From the IMG/VR virus record IMGVR_UViG_3300046692_000144, positions 1 through 21,620 of that record: a stretch of 21,620 nucleotides of DNA, one strand, 5' to 3'. Source of the stretch: a virus (taxonomy: Duplodnaviria; Heunggongvirae; Uroviricota; Caudoviricetes). The notes under the pieces were generated by a model. That model saw only the letters and a list, made by a program, of their open reading frames with translations. It searched no databases and had not been told where the DNA came from. Positions 6,748 to 14,789 of this stretch are shown in pieces (the first letter of the stretch is position 1; each line of letters begins with the position of its first letter). The position numbers were made by a program, and so were the translations under genes.

Positions 6748-9591
6748 ATGTTTGAAACAATCAAAGCACAGGTTCCGCTGAGCAAGGTACTGCTAGATGT
6801 AGCCAGTATTACGCTCATCGAAGCCGGGGAATGGTCTGAGCCAGAGGATAAGACCTGCCCTTTCTGTAAGCACATGGACTGCTTTAAGGTGGCTCCTGGC
6901 GGTGAACGCTGGCACTGCTTCTCGTGTGACGAGGGTGGTGACGTAATTGAGTTCGTCGCAAAGGCACACGATGTATCTGCGGTAGATGCAGCTCGGGCTC
7001 TGGCCAAAGAGTACGGCATCGAGTTACCTTCGAACTACAACGCAATACGGGAGGTTACCAAACTTGCAGCGGACTATTATCGACAATGCTTCATCGACGA
7101 TACCAACCCTTATGCGGTCCTTGGGGGTAAAAGTCCTGCGGAGTACCAACGCCAGGTGCGTGGTCATTCGGATGACATCATTGAGCAAGCAGCCATTGGA
7201 TGGTCAGACGGTGGCTTGGTTGACTACTTGCGGAGCGTCGGGTTCGAAGACGAGCTGCTGGCAAGTACAGGCCTGGTAGCAAAATCTGGCAAGGGTGACT
7301 TCCTTCCACGCAAGGCGTTCATCTACCCTCACATGGTTGGTGGACAGGTTGGTCACTTCACATTCAAGGACCCGACCAAGCAGCTTGAGTACCAAGTCGC
7401 TAACAAGTTCAAGCACCAGCAATGGATATTCTATGGTCAGAACACCGTAAAAGCGGCTAGCACTATTGTAGTGGTAGAAGGTGAGAACGATCGCCTATCT
7501 GTGCTTGCACAATTGCCTGAGGGCTGGGCAGTCATTGCATGTATCGGGCAGATCTCTGGTGCTCAAGTTGAGTGGCTCGTAGAGAACTGCCACGATAAGC
7601 AAGTCATCACGATCTTCGATCCGGACGATGGTGGCGATAAGTACCGTGAGAAGGTACTCAAGGCCAAGATGCGCTTCAAGTCCCTGAGTCAGGTGATGCT
7701 TCCTCGCTCGGATAACCCTGAGAAGAAAGCAGAAGATATCGACGATCTTCTTCGATCAGGCCAGGATCTCCAGGAAATCATTGCCAAGTACTCTCGTGCC
7801 GATATGGCTCCTGGTCAACAAGGCTTGATGGAGATCGCAGGTTCTACCGTTGCAGTGGCTACTTCCGAAGGTGATTCGGCCAACGGTACTATCGTAGAAG
7901 CGGGCAACGCTTACTACCGTATCCGCTACAAAGAAGGTGTTCCGGTCAAGTCCAAGCTGACCAACTTCGTCATCCGGTTGAAGAACATCTACATCCAGTC
8001 TGACCGTCGTGAACGAGAAGTAGTATTGGTTCGTGAAGACGGTAAGCACAGCCGCCCAACCAAAGTGTCCTCGGACATGAAAGTATCCCTTAAGTCGTTC
8101 AAATCCTTGGTGGCTAACGCCCTCGACGGTTCGTTCTATGGCCGGGAAGATGACCTTGCTCTGCTCTGGGACTTTGTCTATCAAGGCGTAAGTGAGAAAG
8201 AAGTCTACCTGCCAAGCACGGTTGGTCACCTGCGTGAGTTTCATGGCTGGTTGTTCCGGGACTGCTTCGTGAGTGATGCCGGTGACGTCTCCAAGCGTGG
8301 CGATGACGGTGTGATCTGGGTTGGCGGGTCTGCTTCCTCAGGTATCAAGCCGGTGCCTCTCAGCGACGATCATGGCGGCTCCGAGTCAGATATCCCTGAC
8401 ATGGTTATTGACCTTGATCGCGATTCTCGTGCAGAGCTTGAACGTGACTTCGTTCAGAAGCTGGCGGAGAACTTGGGTGATATCGGTGTTGCACTCACTG
8501 CTTTAGCCTGGGCAAAGTCCAATGCGTACTCAGATCGGATCTTTGACTGGCGTCGTGACTTCCCGTTCCTATTCCTTTGGGGTCGTCATGGTCGCGGAAA
8601 GACGTACATCGCTAAGTGGTTGGCAAGTCTCTACGGTACCGGTGACAGTGGCTACACTACTATCTCTGGCATGAAACGTAGCGTTGGCTTCTTCCGGAAG
8701 TTGGCCTACTACGCAAGCTTGCCAGTTGTCATCGATGAGATCCGTGCTGACAAAGATACTGTCGAGATGTACGGCACGTTCCGTTCTTGGTATCAACGCT
8801 CCGGTCGTACCTTAGGTACTAAGGAAGAGTTCGGTATTCGGGAGCAGAAGGTTCTGTCTACGTTTATCTTTGCTGGCCAGGATCAGTTCAGTGATAGTGC
8901 ATTGCGTCAACGTTGCATCCCTATCCGAATCCCAATCGCAGATCGGGAATTGGAGAACACCTTCCGTTGGATCGAAGGTCGCAGAATGGATCTCTCCGCC
9001 ATTGGTCTGGAGTGGATTCTCGAAGCGTCTCAAGCCAACTGGAGTGAGATGGTAGAACGTATGCAAGTCTTCACGACTGAACTGCGTGACCGTGGCGTCC
9101 ATCAACGTGTTTCCCTTAACTGGGCGATGATTGCTGAGTTCGGTCAAGGTTTGGCAGAGAAGTACTTCCCAGGTTTCGATCTGAAAGAGTACATCCGTCA
9201 AGCTTCGGCAGAGGATGAGGCTGACCAGGAAGATGAAAACGTCTTGGCTCAGTTCTTCCAAGTTGTAGAGGGCTTGCAGGCTGGAGAAGGTCACCCGAAA
9301 ATCTCTGGAGTCCATGTAAGTGTCGATGGTGACAATTTATATGTTTGGATTGCAGAAGTATTTCGCATTGTTGAAAAAGAACTGGTAAACTCTGCCCGTG
9401 AGGAGTTCTCTAAGAAAGCAATCATTGAGCTCCTTAAGGAGGAACCATGGTGCGTCTCCGCCGACTCTTCTGGGGTACAACCTAGAGCGGTAATGGCAGA
9501 TGGCGTGCAGCGTCGGGTTCTAAAGTTCGACATCAATACTGCCCCTGAATACATCAGGGTGCTCGGTGACCACAATGCAAGAAGAGCGTAA
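6748..9591 (+). CDS. bifunctional DNA primase-helicase (CHC2-type Zn finger + TOPRIM + C-terminal P-loop NTPase)
   Basis: CPFCKH…WHCFSCDEGGDVIEFV (Zn finger), VVVEGEND and IFDPDDGG (TOPRIM), LWGRHGRGKT (Walker A), VVIDE (Walker B). Confidence 0.92.
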   Translation: MFETIKAQVPLSKVLLDVASITLIEAGEWSEPEDKTCPFCKHMDCFKVAPGGERWHCFSCDEGGDVIEFVAKAHDVSAVDAARALAKEYGIELPSNYNAIREVTKLAADYYRQCFIDDTNPYAVLGGKSPAEYQRQVRGHSDDIIEQAAIGWSDGGLVDYLRSVGFEDELLASTGLVAKSGKGDFLPRKAFIYPHMVGGQVGHFTFKDPTKQLEYQVANKFKHQQWIFYGQNTVKAASTIVVVEGENDRLSVLAQLPEGWAVIACIGQISGAQVEWLVENCHDKQVITIFDPDDGGDKYREKVLKAKMRFKSLSQVMLPRSDNPEKKAEDIDDLLRSGQDLQEIIAKYSRADMAPGQQGLMEIAGSTVAVATSEGDSANGTIVEAGNAYYRIRYKEGVPVKSKLTNFVIRLKNIYIQSDRREREVVLVREDGKHSRPTKVSSDMKVSLKSFKSLVANALDGSFYGREDDLALLWDFVYQGVSEKEVYLPSTVGHLREFHGWLFRDCFVSDAGDVSKRGDDGVIWVGGSASSGIKPVPLSDDHGGSESDIPDMVIDLDRDSRAELERDFVQKLAENLGDIGVALTALAWAKSNAYSDRIFDWRRDFPFLFLWGRHGRGKTYIAKWLASLYGTGDSGYTTISGMKRSVGFFRKLAYYASLPVVIDEIRADKDTVEMYGTFRSWYQRSGRTLGTKEEFGIREQKVLSTFIFAGQDQFSDSALRQRCIPIRIPIADRELENTFRWIEGRRMDLSAIGLEWILEASQANWSEMVERMQVFTTELRDRGVHQRVSLNWAMIAEFGQGLAEKYFPGFDLKEYIRQASAEDEADQEDENVLAQFFQVVEGLQAGEGHPKISGVHVSVDGDNLYVWIAEVFRIVEKELVNSAREEFSKKAIIELLKEEPWCVSADSSGVQPRAVMADGVQRRVLKFDINTAPEYIRVLGDHNARRA

Positions 9592-9835
9592 ATCGAAACC
9601 AAAATCGGAACGGGAATCCCGTTACTTCGCAATCTACCCAGACTACTGGAGAGACAAGTGGGGTAAAAAACCACTGCTCGGTACTCTGATGGCTGAGAAC
9701 GAATTCCATGCCTGCCGTCGTGCATACGACACCGGGGCAGTTCGTCTCAACCTGACCTTCGGACCAGAAGCGGTCGAAGTGACGAAGGCTCAAGCAGATC
9801 ATCTGCACAAGTATCGTCACCGACGTTATCGGTAA
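9575..9835 (+). CDS. hypothetical basic protein
   Basis: Overlaps the primase stop. ATG 9575 preferred over GTG 9566. Followed by a terminator. Confidence 0.7.
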   Translation: MQEERKSKPKSERESRYFAIYPDYWRDKWGKKPLLGTLMAENEFHACRRAYDTGAVRLNLTFGPEAVEVTKAQADHLHKYRHRRYR

Positions 9836-9840
9836 TGCTT

Positions 9841-9868
9841 AAGGGCCTCTTCGGAGGCCTTTTTCTTT
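9841..9868 (+). terminator. intrinsic terminator ending the replication block
   Basis: GGCCTC-TTCG-GAGGCC followed by TTTTTCTTT. Confidence 0.9.
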
Positions 9869-9904
9869 GGAGTGGGTAAAAACCGATGATCGTCTGTAAG
9901 TTTT

Positions 9905-9920
9905 GGTATAAGTAAAGTAC
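9905..9920 (+). promoter_or_regulatory. repeated promoter-like motif
   Basis: GGTATAAG-TAAA-GTAC, between a terminator and the next RBS. Confidence 0.7.
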
Positions 9921-9950
9921 CGAACAAACCATTCTTATTCGGAGACTTAA

Positions 9951-10241
9951 GTGAAGATCAAACTGCAATCCCTCGAAAAGGTTCTTATCGCAACAGCAAT
10001 ACTGGAAGTACTTGCTTACTACTTGTTTCTGTATGTGGGAATACCATTGATGGTAGCACCGACTTCTCTTCAGATACTCGCAGGGCTATGGGCGGTATGC
10101 GCAGTGGCAACTTTGACGTACTCGATAGTGTGTCTGGGTATTGCCTTATGTGGTGCCATGGCATACCTATGCGAAGTGCTTGGGGTAGGAGATGTTCTGA
10201 GAGGTCTTATAAAGTGGTTCACCACCGACGACCGTAAATAA
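9951..10241 (+). CDS. small membrane protein (about 2 TM segments)
   Basis: GGAG RBS, GTG start, two long hydrophobic stretches. Confidence 0.7.
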   Translation: MKIKLQSLEKVLIATAILEVLAYYLFLYVGIPLMVAPTSLQILAGLWAVCAVATLTYSIVCLGIALCGAMAYLCEVLGVGDVLRGLIKWFTTDDRK

Positions 10242-10245
10242 GATC

Positions 10246-10275
10246 AAGCCCCGTTAACTCCGGGGCTTTCTTTTT
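10246..10275 (+). terminator. intrinsic terminator
   Basis: AAGCCCCG-TTAACTC-CGGGGCTT followed by TCTTTTT. Confidence 0.9.
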
Positions 10276-10289
10276 AGGGTTCGCAAAGT

Positions 10290-10305
10290 GGTATAAGGAA
10301 TGTAG
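10290..10305 (+). promoter_or_regulatory. repeated promoter-like motif
   Basis: GGTATAAG-GAAT-GTAG directly after a terminator. Confidence 0.7.
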
Positions 10306-10339
10306 TGAACAACAACTACTACTTATATGGAATATTTGT

Positions 10340-10546
10340 ATGGATAAGAAGGTGAACCTTGGATTAGGCTTCGTATCGTTGATACTAGCAGTCCTGTTTG
10401 CAGTCATCTCGTATCAATTGATGGAGTACATGCACCCAATGCCTTGGAGCTACTTCTCTATAGCAGCAGCGGGCGTAACCTTCTCTCCGTCCTTGGCAAT
10501 TACTGGAGTAGTATTTCTCATATTAGGGACTGATAAACGGGTATAA
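10340..10546 (+). CDS. small membrane protein (2 TM segments)
   Basis: Hydrophobic LGLGFVSLILAVLFAVISY and FSIAAAGVTFSPSLAITGVVFLILG. The stop codon lies inside the promoter motif. Confidence 0.7.
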   Translation: MDKKVNLGLGFVSLILAVLFAVISYQLMEYMHPMPWSYFSIAAAGVTFSPSLAITGVVFLILGTDKRV

Positions 10547-10559
10547 GTAAGGTAGAGAA
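10535..10559 (+). repeat. 25-bp exact direct repeat, copy 1 (contains the promoter motif and upstream stop)
   Basis: AAACGGGTATAAGTAAGGTAGAGAA, identical to 10849-10873. Confidence 0.95.
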
Positions 10560-10584
10560 TATAACACTTACTAAGGAGCTTCTC

Positions 10585-10860
10585 ATGTCTCGTAAATTCT
10601 ATCACCTGAAAGACGTTAAAAACCTTCGTGTAATCTCTGATGACGAAGGTGGCTATATGTTACAAGTGGTACTGAATGATGGGGCTGAGCCGAGTGAACC
10701 TCGGAGTCTTCTCAACGACTTCATTTCAGTGTCAGAAAGGGGGATCGGATTCCCTGTAATGTTCGGACCTAATCGAACGATTGTTGCAGCGGTAGACACT
10801 CCTCTCAATAGTTTGGAAGATCTTGTTTCATTCTTCGAAAGCGTATACAAACGGGTATAA
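10585..10860 (+). CDS. hypothetical protein
   Basis: AAGGAG RBS. Lies between the two 25-bp repeats. Confidence 0.8.
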   Translation: MSRKFYHLKDVKNLRVISDDEGGYMLQVVLNDGAEPSEPRSLLNDFISVSERGIGFPVMFGPNRTIVAAVDTPLNSLEDLVSFFESVYKRV

Positions 10861-10873
10861 GTAAGGTAGAGAA
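10849..10873 (+). repeat. 25-bp exact direct repeat, copy 2
   Basis: AAACGGGTATAAGTAAGGTAGAGAA, identical to 10535-10559. Confidence 0.95.
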
Positions 10874-10914
10874 AAGATCTCTGCTAACTAACTAATGCAA
10901 AAGGAAAGCACCTC

Positions 10915-11115
10915 ATGAAAGCATTACTGGTACTGATGGTCGTAGCCGCGTCCCTGACCGGTTGTGTACAGCGCATGTCTAACGACATGGTAATCGCAGA
11001 AGCAATGAAATGTGAAAACGTTGGTCTGCCATGGCGTCAAGCTACTAACTACGATGGTAGTGTTTCGAACGTGTACTGCATGCCTCATATCAATGAGCGT
11101 CGTAGTACGCAGTAA
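10915..11115 (+). CDS. small lipoprotein
   Basis: MK + hydrophobic core + lipobox LTGC (Cys17). AAGGA RBS. Confidence 0.8.
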   Translation: MKALLVLMVVAASLTGCVQRMSNDMVIAEAMKCENVGLPWRQATNYDGSVSNVYCMPHINERRSTQ

Positions 11116-11120
11116 TACCG

Positions 11121-11145
11121 GGGGCCGAGGTCTGGCCCCTTTTTT
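11121..11145 (+). terminator. intrinsic terminator
   Basis: GGGGCC-GAGGTCT-GGCCCC followed by TTTTTT. Confidence 0.85.
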
Positions 11146-11168
11146 CTTATTATTATGGAGTACGAGAA

Positions 11169-11423
11169 ATGATTGAAGAACGAACTGGCTACGTTGTTGC
11201 CTCTGATGATCCTGCCCATCCCGGCGTAATCCTCTTCATGGTTGATCGCAGTAAGCAGAGTAAAAGCTTCTGGTCCAACAAGCTGAGTGACGTGTTTGTC
11301 TACCAGGACAAAGACGCTGCAAAGGAGAAGGCAGCTACTCTGGCCTACAACAATCCCGTAGTTCTGAACTGGGATGAAGCCCGTGCTGCACTTCGTAGTA
11401 ACATGAGTCTGGCGGTGAAGTAA
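11169..11423 (+). CDS. hypothetical protein
   Basis: GGAG RBS upstream, 84 aa. Confidence 0.75.
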   Translation: MIEERTGYVVASDDPAHPGVILFMVDRSKQSKSFWSNKLSDVFVYQDKDAAKEKAATLAYNNPVVLNWDEARAALRSNMSLAVK

Positions 11424-11690
11424 ATGGATTACATGATCTTCTACTGGTTTTTGCCGCTTTTCGCACTCCTCGTTATCTACAGCGTTGTAACGGAGATACA
11501 GCACAAACGTCGGGAACGTCGTATTGCGCAATGCAAGAAAGATCTTATGGACTGGCTTCTGTTCGTAGGGGTAATGATGGATTCCAATTGGAAGAACCCT
11601 AACGGGTATCCAAAAGATGTAACCAAGGAATGGTTGGCGACCATAACCGCTACTTACTTCAAGGAATTTAAAGACAAGAGGCTTAAATGA
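11424..11690 (+). CDS. small protein with N-terminal TM anchor
   Basis: YMIFYWFLPLFALLVIYSVV followed by a basic stretch. Confidence 0.7.
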   Translation: MDYMIFYWFLPLFALLVIYSVVTEIQHKRRERRIAQCKKDLMDWLLFVGVMMDSNWKNPNGYPKDVTKEWLATITATYFKEFKDKRLK

Positions 11691-12109
11691 AAATCGATGC
11701 TCGTATACTCTTAGACCGGTTACTTACCGATACTAAAACTCGGGTAATCGTTAAGTTCAGGAACACTCCACACGAAGTTAGACAAATCGGTGAGCTGTAC
11801 AGTCATGCAATGTACGCCAGACTGAAAGTCGCAATACCGTCTGTTCGCTATCCTTTTGAATGTCAGGCGATACCTAACACCCTTGGATACGCCCTTCCAC
11901 AGTATGGGACTTGGTACTTGGAGGAACGAGGACTAGTCGTAGACAAAATCTGCTTCGGCGGCATCTTGGTTAAAAAGGACATAACTCTTCTACTCAGCGA
12001 CTGGAACCAGGAGGTCTATGAGCGTATCAGGGATGACGTAGACGAGGAGGAAGAGGAAGGCGCAGAGAACCTCGATATAAACGTCGATGATGAGTGGCGA
12101 AATGATTGA
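11687..12109 (+). CDS. hypothetical protein, paralog family member with acidic tail
   Basis: ATGA overlap. Shares RVIVKF/EVIVTF and TWYLEERGLVVDKI/TWYLEKGRLNVYKI with the next gene. Tail DDVDEEEEEG. Confidence 0.75.
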   Translation: MKIDARILLDRLLTDTKTRVIVKFRNTPHEVRQIGELYSHAMYARLKVAIPSVRYPFECQAIPNTLGYALPQYGTWYLEERGLVVDKICFGGILVKKDITLLLSDWNQEVYERIRDDVDEEEEEGAENLDINVDDEWRND

Positions 12110-12383
12110 AGCCGTTGAGTTCTTCAGGAGATTTTTTGCGAAGCACTCCGAAGAAGTGATTGTGACGTTTGATCATGTATCGGGCATTGCGTATCGCATA
12201 AGAATCAATGATAACCAGCGTACTGAGAAGTACTTCATGCAGGCAAGTGTTACTGAGGATGATAAGAGTGAGTACTGGTCTACCTGGTACTTAGAGAAGG
12301 GAAGGTTGAATGTCTACAAGATTGCTCAGAGAGGATCTCTGGGGAAACAGAAGACCTATATTCACGTAAATAAAAGGTATTGA
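12102..12383 (+). CDS. small hypothetical protein, paralog family member
   Basis: Start moved to ATG 12102 (ATGATTGA overlap). N-terminus MIEAVEFFRRF. Confidence 0.7.
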   Translation: MIEAVEFFRRFFAKHSEEVIVTFDHVSGIAYRIRINDNQRTEKYFMQASVTEDDKSEYWSTWYLEKGRLNVYKIAQRGSLGKQKTYIHVNKRY

Positions 12384-12386
12384 AAG

Positions 12387-12659
12387 ATGATTAACGTATG
12401 CATAGTCTTTGGTGTTGTATGTGGAGTACTGGCGCTAATCATTGGTATCGCCTATATCTTCCGCACGGATGAAGTCCCAGAAATGGCCCCAGAACAGCAC
12501 GCAGACATTGCCATCGATACTCTGCTAGACTGCCTCTGGAATGACTCCGATTACAAAGGATTCAAGACACGAACGGATATCGTAAAGTGGATTACTGCTC
12601 GCCGAAGCCTGGTTCAAGAAGCGGTAAAACGAGGGCAAATCGCTCCTAAGAGAATGTAA
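12387..12659 (+). CDS. small protein with N-terminal TM anchor
   Basis: VCIVFGVVCGVLALIIGIAYIF. Confidence 0.7.
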   Translation: MINVCIVFGVVCGVLALIIGIAYIFRTDEVPEMAPEQHADIAIDTLLDCLWNDSDYKGFKTRTDIVKWITARRSLVQEAVKRGQIAPKRM

Positions 12660-12662
12660 ACA

Positions 12663-13013
12663 ATGTACGTATGTCTCCAGAAGTTCCTGCAACGACTTGC
12701 AAAAGAGAAGGGATTGATACGAGGTATGAGCAAGGGTCCATCGTTGGTTCCTCTTGCAGTAGTTGATTTCCTTAGACCTGAGGAAAGCGATATGACGTAC
12801 TACATTAAGTATGGACGACATCTTGCGGTAATCTCTCAGCAAAACGGGTATGCGTACATCAACCCTGATCTTACCAAACACTACTCCTCTGGAGGGGCCC
12901 TGTACGGAGACTATGAAGTTGTCAGCGTGCATCCACCCTGCAAGGCGGGCAGTAAGCGCTTAGTCAGGATCGTTGCAAAACATGTTCCACAACCACAAAT
13001 AAACTGGGATTGA
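12663..13013 (+). CDS. small hypothetical protein, probable paralog family member
   Basis: N-terminus CLQKFLQRLAKEKG, tight gene packing. Confidence 0.65.
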   Translation: MYVCLQKFLQRLAKEKGLIRGMSKGPSLVPLAVVDFLRPEESDMTYYIKYGRHLAVISQQNGYAYINPDLTKHYSSGGALYGDYEVVSVHPPCKAGSKRLVRIVAKHVPQPQINWD

Positions 13014-13016
13014 ACC

Positions 13017-13676
13017 ATGTCAACTGACTTGACGCAATGCTGCGGTAGACCACCTCGTTTGATATCCAAGGCTGGATACGGTTACTCAATCGTCTGCATG
13101 GAATGTGGCTTGGGTGCTATCGGTGAAACAGCTTCACGGACGTATCAGTCCGCCACCCATGAATGGGAGGAGCTTAAGGCTTCGTGGACCAATCCTCCTC
13201 ATGGTCCGATAAAAATCATTGTCAAGGAACTGGCCGCAGCTCATGACGTACTTCGAAACACTGCTTGTGTCTTGGGTGCTGGTGGTTACAACGCTCTGGA
13301 AGTAGACGCGGCAGTGTTCCAGTCGAAGATCTCTGATGGCATCGTCATGCTGACTACGCCTATGGAGAAGATGATCGATGAAGGTCGTGCTCGTATCAAG
13401 GAGTTGGAAGCAGAAGTAGTTAGGCTTAAAGGGCTAGTTGCCAATGAGTTTGTCGAGGGCTTTGAAGTCTCTTCAGAACCAGTGCCGTTCAAGGAAGTAA
13501 CTGTGGTCGGTCTTGGCTACAAGTACACTCTTAAAAACGAGGATGGTGACGTCTTCATTGAGGACATTTTCCACGGTGGTCGGTTCAACCGTACTGGCAA
13601 GGTGTATCTTCTCAGTGAGCGGTTGAAAACCTTGTTCAAAGAACAGATGCGGGAGGAGGCTACCGATGCTCAATAA
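13017..13676 (+). CDS. mosaic protein with N-terminal Lar-like zinc ribbon and coiled coil
   Basis: CCGRPP…SIVCMECG…A..EW resembles the Lar zinc ribbon, followed by a LGAGGYNA module and ARIKELEAEVVRLK coil. Confidence 0.65.
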   Translation: MSTDLTQCCGRPPRLISKAGYGYSIVCMECGLGAIGETASRTYQSATHEWEELKASWTNPPHGPIKIIVKELAAAHDVLRNTACVLGAGGYNALEVDAAVFQSKISDGIVMLTTPMEKMIDEGRARIKELEAEVVRLKGLVANEFVEGFEVSSEPVPFKEVTVVGLGYKYTLKNEDGDVFIEDIFHGGRFNRTGKVYLLSERLKTLFKEQMREEATDAQ

Positions 13677-13959
13677 TCTATGGTTGGAGGGGTCTCCACT
13701 AGTCACCATCCTTGCACTAATTGGGTTGATCACAGTAACTGTGCTGTGTTCTATCTTGTTCAAGTCTTGCATTGAGTTTGTCGAGGAACTACGGCACAAA
13801 AAGCGGAGAGCAAGACGGTCTATGTACGATGAAACCTTCGATATGGAAAGGTACTTCCTTACCCGGGTGGACGACCAAGATCAAGGCACTGAAGAGCTAA
13901 AGGCTACTTACAAAGTCTGGATCGAAGACTCTTTCCATGATTACCGTACGAGGATTTGA
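13666..13959 (+). CDS. small protein with N-terminal TM anchor
   Basis: GGAGG RBS. LVTILALIGLITVTVLCSILF. Confidence 0.7.
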   Translation: MLNNLWLEGSPLVTILALIGLITVTVLCSILFKSCIEFVEELRHKKRRARRSMYDETFDMERYFLTRVDDQDQGTEELKATYKVWIEDSFHDYRTRI

Positions 13960-13960
13960 A

Positions 13961-14173
13961 ATGTCCCAGGAGATCTCTGATCAACTGAAGATAGCAGAAC
14001 AAGCCTTAGGTAACGCCCTGAGGCTCATTGCTGAAATCCCGGGCAAGGAAATGACGGACACAACTCGTAACTGGGTTAACCGTGTTAGAACGGTGAAGCA
14101 GGATGCTGCAAACTTGAAAAGAATGGGTCTAGTGATTGACCTGTTATATAAGCGGAAACGGAGGTTCAAGTAA
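13961..14173 (+). CDS. small helical hypothetical protein
   Basis: Start moved to ATG 13961 (GAGGA RBS). Confidence 0.65.
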   Translation: MSQEISDQLKIAEQALGNALRLIAEIPGKEMTDTTRNWVNRVRTVKQDAANLKRMGLVIDLLYKRKRRFK

Positions 14174-14391
14174 TGAACAGAGTAATCATTGATGTGTACG
14201 GAGACGGATCTGTCGTAGTCTGTGGTGAAGTAGGGGAACTAGTAGAAGTTCAAATCCCGGAAGATTTCAATGGAAAAGATATTCGACCGTGGGCGGAAGA
14301 ACTGGAGAAGCTTGGGTTGGACCTTGTGTCTGATGAACTCTTAGAAACACTATTTCAGATCACTGAACTTGCAGTAACCAAACAAGAATAA
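14173..14391 (+). CDS. small acidic hypothetical protein
   Basis: TAATG overlap, GGAGG RBS. Confidence 0.7.
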   Translation: MNRVIIDVYGDGSVVVCGEVGELVEVQIPEDFNGKDIRPWAEELEKLGLDLVSDELLETLFQITELAVTKQE

Positions 14392-14394
14392 CCT

Positions 14395-14410
14395 GGTATA
14401 AGCGAAGTGT
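14395..14410 (+). promoter_or_regulatory. repeated promoter-like motif
   Basis: GGTATAAG-CGAA-GTGT, starting 4 nt after a stop codon. Confidence 0.65.
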
Positions 14411-14419
14411 AACAAAGAC

Positions 14420-14449
14420 AAAGTCAGGTATCCCCTGACTTTTTAGTTT
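14420..14449 (+). terminator. terminator-like hairpin downstream of the promoter motif
   Basis: AAAGTCAGG-TATCC-CCTGACTTT followed by TTAGTTT. Confidence 0.55.
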
Positions 14450-14465
14450 ATGAGGTAGTCACGTC

Positions 14466-14789
14466 ATGATTGAGTTAATTGCCTTTCTAGAACAACTAAT
14501 GAAACGATTCCCGGATTACAAGGAGTTCAACCGGATACAGCTAGAACTAGACAACAACTCTTATGCGCTGATCTTGGATAGTATCAAGGACGATGTCATC
14601 TACTATCACTTTCATGGAGCTAAGACTCTTTTCGAATTCAGCCCTAGAAAAATGAGCTTCTTTCGGTACATGGTAAACGACGTCTCTCAGGTATTTCTTA
14701 GCCATGATATACCATTGTTAGGCGTACGACGTCAAGGCGTACGAGTAAGCACATCTAAACACTTCGGTAAGTACACGGGAATATCATGA
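14466..14789 (+). CDS. paralog family member (cluster B)
   Basis: GAGG RBS. Clear paralog of 14786 (MIELIAFLEQLMKRFPDYKEFNRIQLELDNNSY). Confidence 0.85.
   Translation: MIELIAFLEQLMKRFPDYKEFNRIQLELDNNSYALILDSIKDDVIYYHFHGAKTLFEFSPRKMSFFRYMVNDVSQVFLSHDIPLLGVRRQGVRVSTSKHFGKYTGIS

Noticed and set aside
9951-10546. Small TM genes as holins
   Set aside because: No endolysin or spanin neighbours and no clear dual-start motif, so they are left as generic membrane proteins.
10535-10873. Direct repeats as a CRISPR array or IS ends
   Set aside because: Only two copies, separated by a full gene, not palindromic, with no Cas1/2 or transposase in the window.
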